Below, in pieces: positions 61,824-64,000 of a DNA stretch of 64,000 nt (position 1 is the first letter of the stretch; every line of letters starts with the position of its first letter). Where the stretch lies: the IMG/VR virus record IMGVR_UViG_3300022562_001644, positions 1-64,000 of that record; one strand, 5' to 3'. This stretch comes from a virus. The notes below the pieces were generated by a model. The model was not told the DNA's origin, ran no database searches, and worked only from the letters and a program-made list of their open reading frames with translations. Both the position numbers and the translations under genes were made by a program.

Positions 61824-62218
61824 TAGACAGGTGATTGCAGGTGAACCCTGCAGATAAGCTTTGCTGAAGCGCCTGCAGTCCTGACTACCAGCGACTGCTT
61901 GGCTGTGATAATGAATGAGTCTGCGAGAGTTGTCAGGAAATCTGTCTCGTCCGTCCCGCAGAGAATGAGGAGCTCGTCCCCATCCTTGTCCCGCTTGTGG
62001 ACCGTCCAGGCCGTCTGGCCGCCGAGCTTGAGCTCGATGCTGCGGACCCAAAGGGGCTGGTCGCAGTCATAGGGGTCGAAGTCGAATAGGCCTCCCGCCG
62101 GCCCTGGGGGCCATTCCTCGATGTTGTTGGCCCGGGTAAGACTCCCCGCCGGAATCGTGCCATCGAAGTCATTTCCAGCCGCGACAGTCTGCTGGAATGT
62201 GCGAATTCCGAGACCCAT
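61823..62218 (-). CDS. hypothetical beta-rich protein
   Basis: 131 aa immediately after terL. Confidence 0.7.
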   Translation of the reverse strand: MGLGIRTFQQTVAAGNDFDGTIPAGSLTRANNIEEWPPGPAGGLFDFDPYDCDQPLWVRSIELKLGGQTAWTVHKRDKDGDELLILCGTDETDFLTTLADSFIITAKQSLVVRTAGASAKLICRVHLQSPV

Positions 62219-62221
62219 CGA

Positions 62222-63991
62222 CTAGAACTTCCCAATACTGATGTCTGCAGCGAGCTTGCAGTAGGCCAAGCTGTGCAGGGCATCGTCTGGTTGATCGATG
62301 GGGTGGTCGTACATCATCGTCCTGGTGCGCTCATTGTACTCCACGTACTCGGCCAAAATGTCCTTGGCAAATGGCTCGAATGTTTCCCATTCGGGGAACA
62401 GGAAATTCTGCTGCTTGATGCTCTGGAAAAGGTTGGACAGGACCGCGTTCCTGTTGATGATGAACTTGAAGGCGTCGGGATCCCACCGCTTTCTTTCTCC
62501 CAGCGAGGTCGAGTAGGCAAACTGCATGACTCCCTGGCGACCTCGAGCCTTAAACAGGCGGCTGTTCATTCCCCAACCATGCCCCCAGTCGGCGCCAATG
62601 ACTTCGACATTCCAGTGACCGCAGATATGAAGAACGTCAGGGACGATGAATTCAGGGTCGATCTCCTTCCCGACATATCGTTTCATCAGGAAGGGCCAAA
62701 AAAGATCTGAGTTCAGGTAGCAGCCAAGCGTAAGCACGGTCCAGGAGGCAAATTTTTTCTTACCTCCAGCGACCTCACCTTCCTCACGCCCCTCACCCCA
62801 GTCGATGCCGGCGAAGAAACGGAAGTTCATTGTGCTATCTCGGGTATGAATGAACTTGCTGCTATCTCTTCCGGTGATTTTCTTGATTGGATAGCAGCAC
62901 TGCTGGACATCCATCTTGGTAACTGGGGCAGATGCTGTGTCGTAGGAAAATCCAAGGATCTCGTTTTGAAACTTCCCGTCCGGCCATTTTTCGTAAGGGA
63001 GAACAATCTCAGCTCGCCATGCCTCCTCCGACTGCTTCCACGGCACCATGAGCTGAGAGATGTGATAGCCGACGTAGTGCTCTCCCGGCGCAAGTGTTAC
63101 CCATTGGCCGTCCATGGGATTGATTCGCTTGTCACAGTTCGCGCAAACTAAACCGTTCTTCCCAATGTTCTCCGGTCCAAGCAGGTTCCAAAAGCGCGGC
63201 TTCTTGCAGTCACATGGAACAAGCCATTCGTTCTGCGTTGACCACTGCCAGTACTCCTCAAGAGTATTGGCGAAGGTCAGGGGCGTCCCGCAGATGAACT
63301 CCATACCCTCCACGCCAGCCGAGAGGCGGGATGCCGAGAGAGACTGCGAGATGACCTTGATATTGTCCTTGAGGAGATCCTGGGCCTCGTCGAAGAATAC
63401 GCGGCTGGCCGGAATGCCTCGAGCTCGAGCAGCAGTGAGAAAGGCGTAGCGCAGGAACATGTACGACCCATTCAAGATCGTTTTCTCGAAGACCTGGTCC
63501 GTTATCCCCTTTCCGATGAACGCACGCTTGACGAACGGAGAATCGTACAGGGTAGGGCGCAGTTTCTCGTTGGAATACTGTCTGGTCTGGAGTGCTGACG
63601 GAGAAACATAGAGGCTTCTCCAGTGCGGTCGAATCAGGGACTCGGTTACCTGCAGATTGCACACGGTCGTCGACTTAGCGACCTGGCGAGAGCACTTAAG
63701 GACTAGCCGCGGGTCTTCGTCGTTGTAGACCGGCAACATAAAGGCATGATTGTCTAGTCTGAGGGGTCTCCCAAGGTGATGAAGACAAGCCTGGGCAATG
63801 TCGCTTTTTCGACCCTTGAATCCGGGACGATCCGTGTCCGTGGTGATCTCAATAAGGCGAGGCTTCCAGTCGTAGAGTTCTTCATTCCAGTTGATGTCGG
63901 GAACAAGGTTTGGAAGTTCACCAGACTTGCCGGTGAAATCAAATGGGTCGCTGTCGAGCTCGTCAGGCTCATGTGCCAGTTCCTCCATCAT
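62222..63991 (-). CDS. terL: terminase large subunit (GpA-like ATPase plus RNase H nuclease)
   Basis: SRQVAKST Walker A, FFDEAQD Walker B, GTP motif, Cys knuckle, AGIDWG, DDALHS. Confidence 0.92.
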   Translation of the reverse strand: MMEELAHEPDELDSDPFDFTGKSGELPNLVPDINWNEELYDWKPRLIEITTDTDRPGFKGRKSDIAQACLHHLGRPLRLDNHAFMLPVYNDEDPRLVLKCSRQVAKSTTVCNLQVTESLIRPHWRSLYVSPSALQTRQYSNEKLRPTLYDSPFVKRAFIGKGITDQVFEKTILNGSYMFLRYAFLTAARARGIPASRVFFDEAQDLLKDNIKVISQSLSASRLSAGVEGMEFICGTPLTFANTLEEYWQWSTQNEWLVPCDCKKPRFWNLLGPENIGKNGLVCANCDKRINPMDGQWVTLAPGEHYVGYHISQLMVPWKQSEEAWRAEIVLPYEKWPDGKFQNEILGFSYDTASAPVTKMDVQQCCYPIKKITGRDSSKFIHTRDSTMNFRFFAGIDWGEGREEGEVAGGKKKFASWTVLTLGCYLNSDLFWPFLMKRYVGKEIDPEFIVPDVLHICGHWNVEVIGADWGHGWGMNSRLFKARGRQGVMQFAYSTSLGERKRWDPDAFKFIINRNAVLSNLFQSIKQQNFLFPEWETFEPFAKDILAEYVEYNERTRTMMYDHPIDQPDDALHSLAYCKLAADISIGKF

Positions 63992-64000
63992 CCATCCCCC

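Larger units (their letters stand above)
1..64000. mobile_element. Segment of a large contractile-tailed bacteriophage genome (probable Myxococcota host)
   Basis: TerL, prohead protease, MCP, sheath and tube on - strand; dense small overlapping ORFs and recombination/nucleotide genes on + strand; no host housekeeping operons. Confidence 0.95.

Noticed and set aside
1-64000. Stop-codon reassignment
   Set aside because: Conserved genes (dinG, terL, sheath, MCP) are intact in code 11, and TAG, TGA and TAA all end genes at sensible positions.
1-64000. tRNA, rRNA or CRISPR arrays
   Set aside because: No intergenic cloverleaf with T-loop/CCA and no regularly spaced repeats seen by eye; tRNAscan-SE would be needed to exclude fully.
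1-64000. Prophage with integrase or att sites
   Set aside because: No integrase, repressor cassette or host flanking genes in this window; lifestyle cannot be determined.

Overview
The window is part of a large, moderately GC-rich tailed phage genome with a contractile tail, and it contains no host chromosomal genes. It has two convergent arms that meet at 34511-34514. The + strand arm (1-34.5 kb) holds about 80 tightly packed, mostly small ORFs. Many are Cys-rich hypotheticals; the recognisable ones include MazG-like, SLOG, degenerate CysC, PLD, HAD, DinG, SNase, DUF5131, Tmk, M15 endolysin, Bet, a PD-(D/E)XK exonuclease, a DnaN-like clamp, a sigma region-4-only protein, SSB, a resolvase-like nuclease and a 3'-5' exonuclease. 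The - strand arm (34.5-64 kb) is morphogenetic: TerL, fibre-like proteins, a ~12 kb head cluster with prohead protease, decoration protein, major capsid, neck, sheath and tube. Several small genes resemble families I associate with myxobacteria, suggesting a Myxococcota host (recall, not a search). The most notable signal is a peptide motif, (G/S)F-x-(D/T)E-(L/F)-x-(K/R)-x-(A/G), shared by at least eight proteins whose remaining sequences are mostly unrelated. It comes with dense K-x-A/S sites, Gly/Ala-rich hydrophobic helices, zincin cargo domains and nested in-frame starts. This pattern suggests an undescribed capsid-targeting and proteolytic cargo-loading system. Two promoter-like motif classes (GGCATAAG, and TAGA(C/A)T before leaderless ATGs) and two candidate structured RNAs were also seen. 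No portal, tape measure, baseplate, DNA polymerase, tRNA or CRISPR array was recognised. All family calls come from motif recognition by eye.
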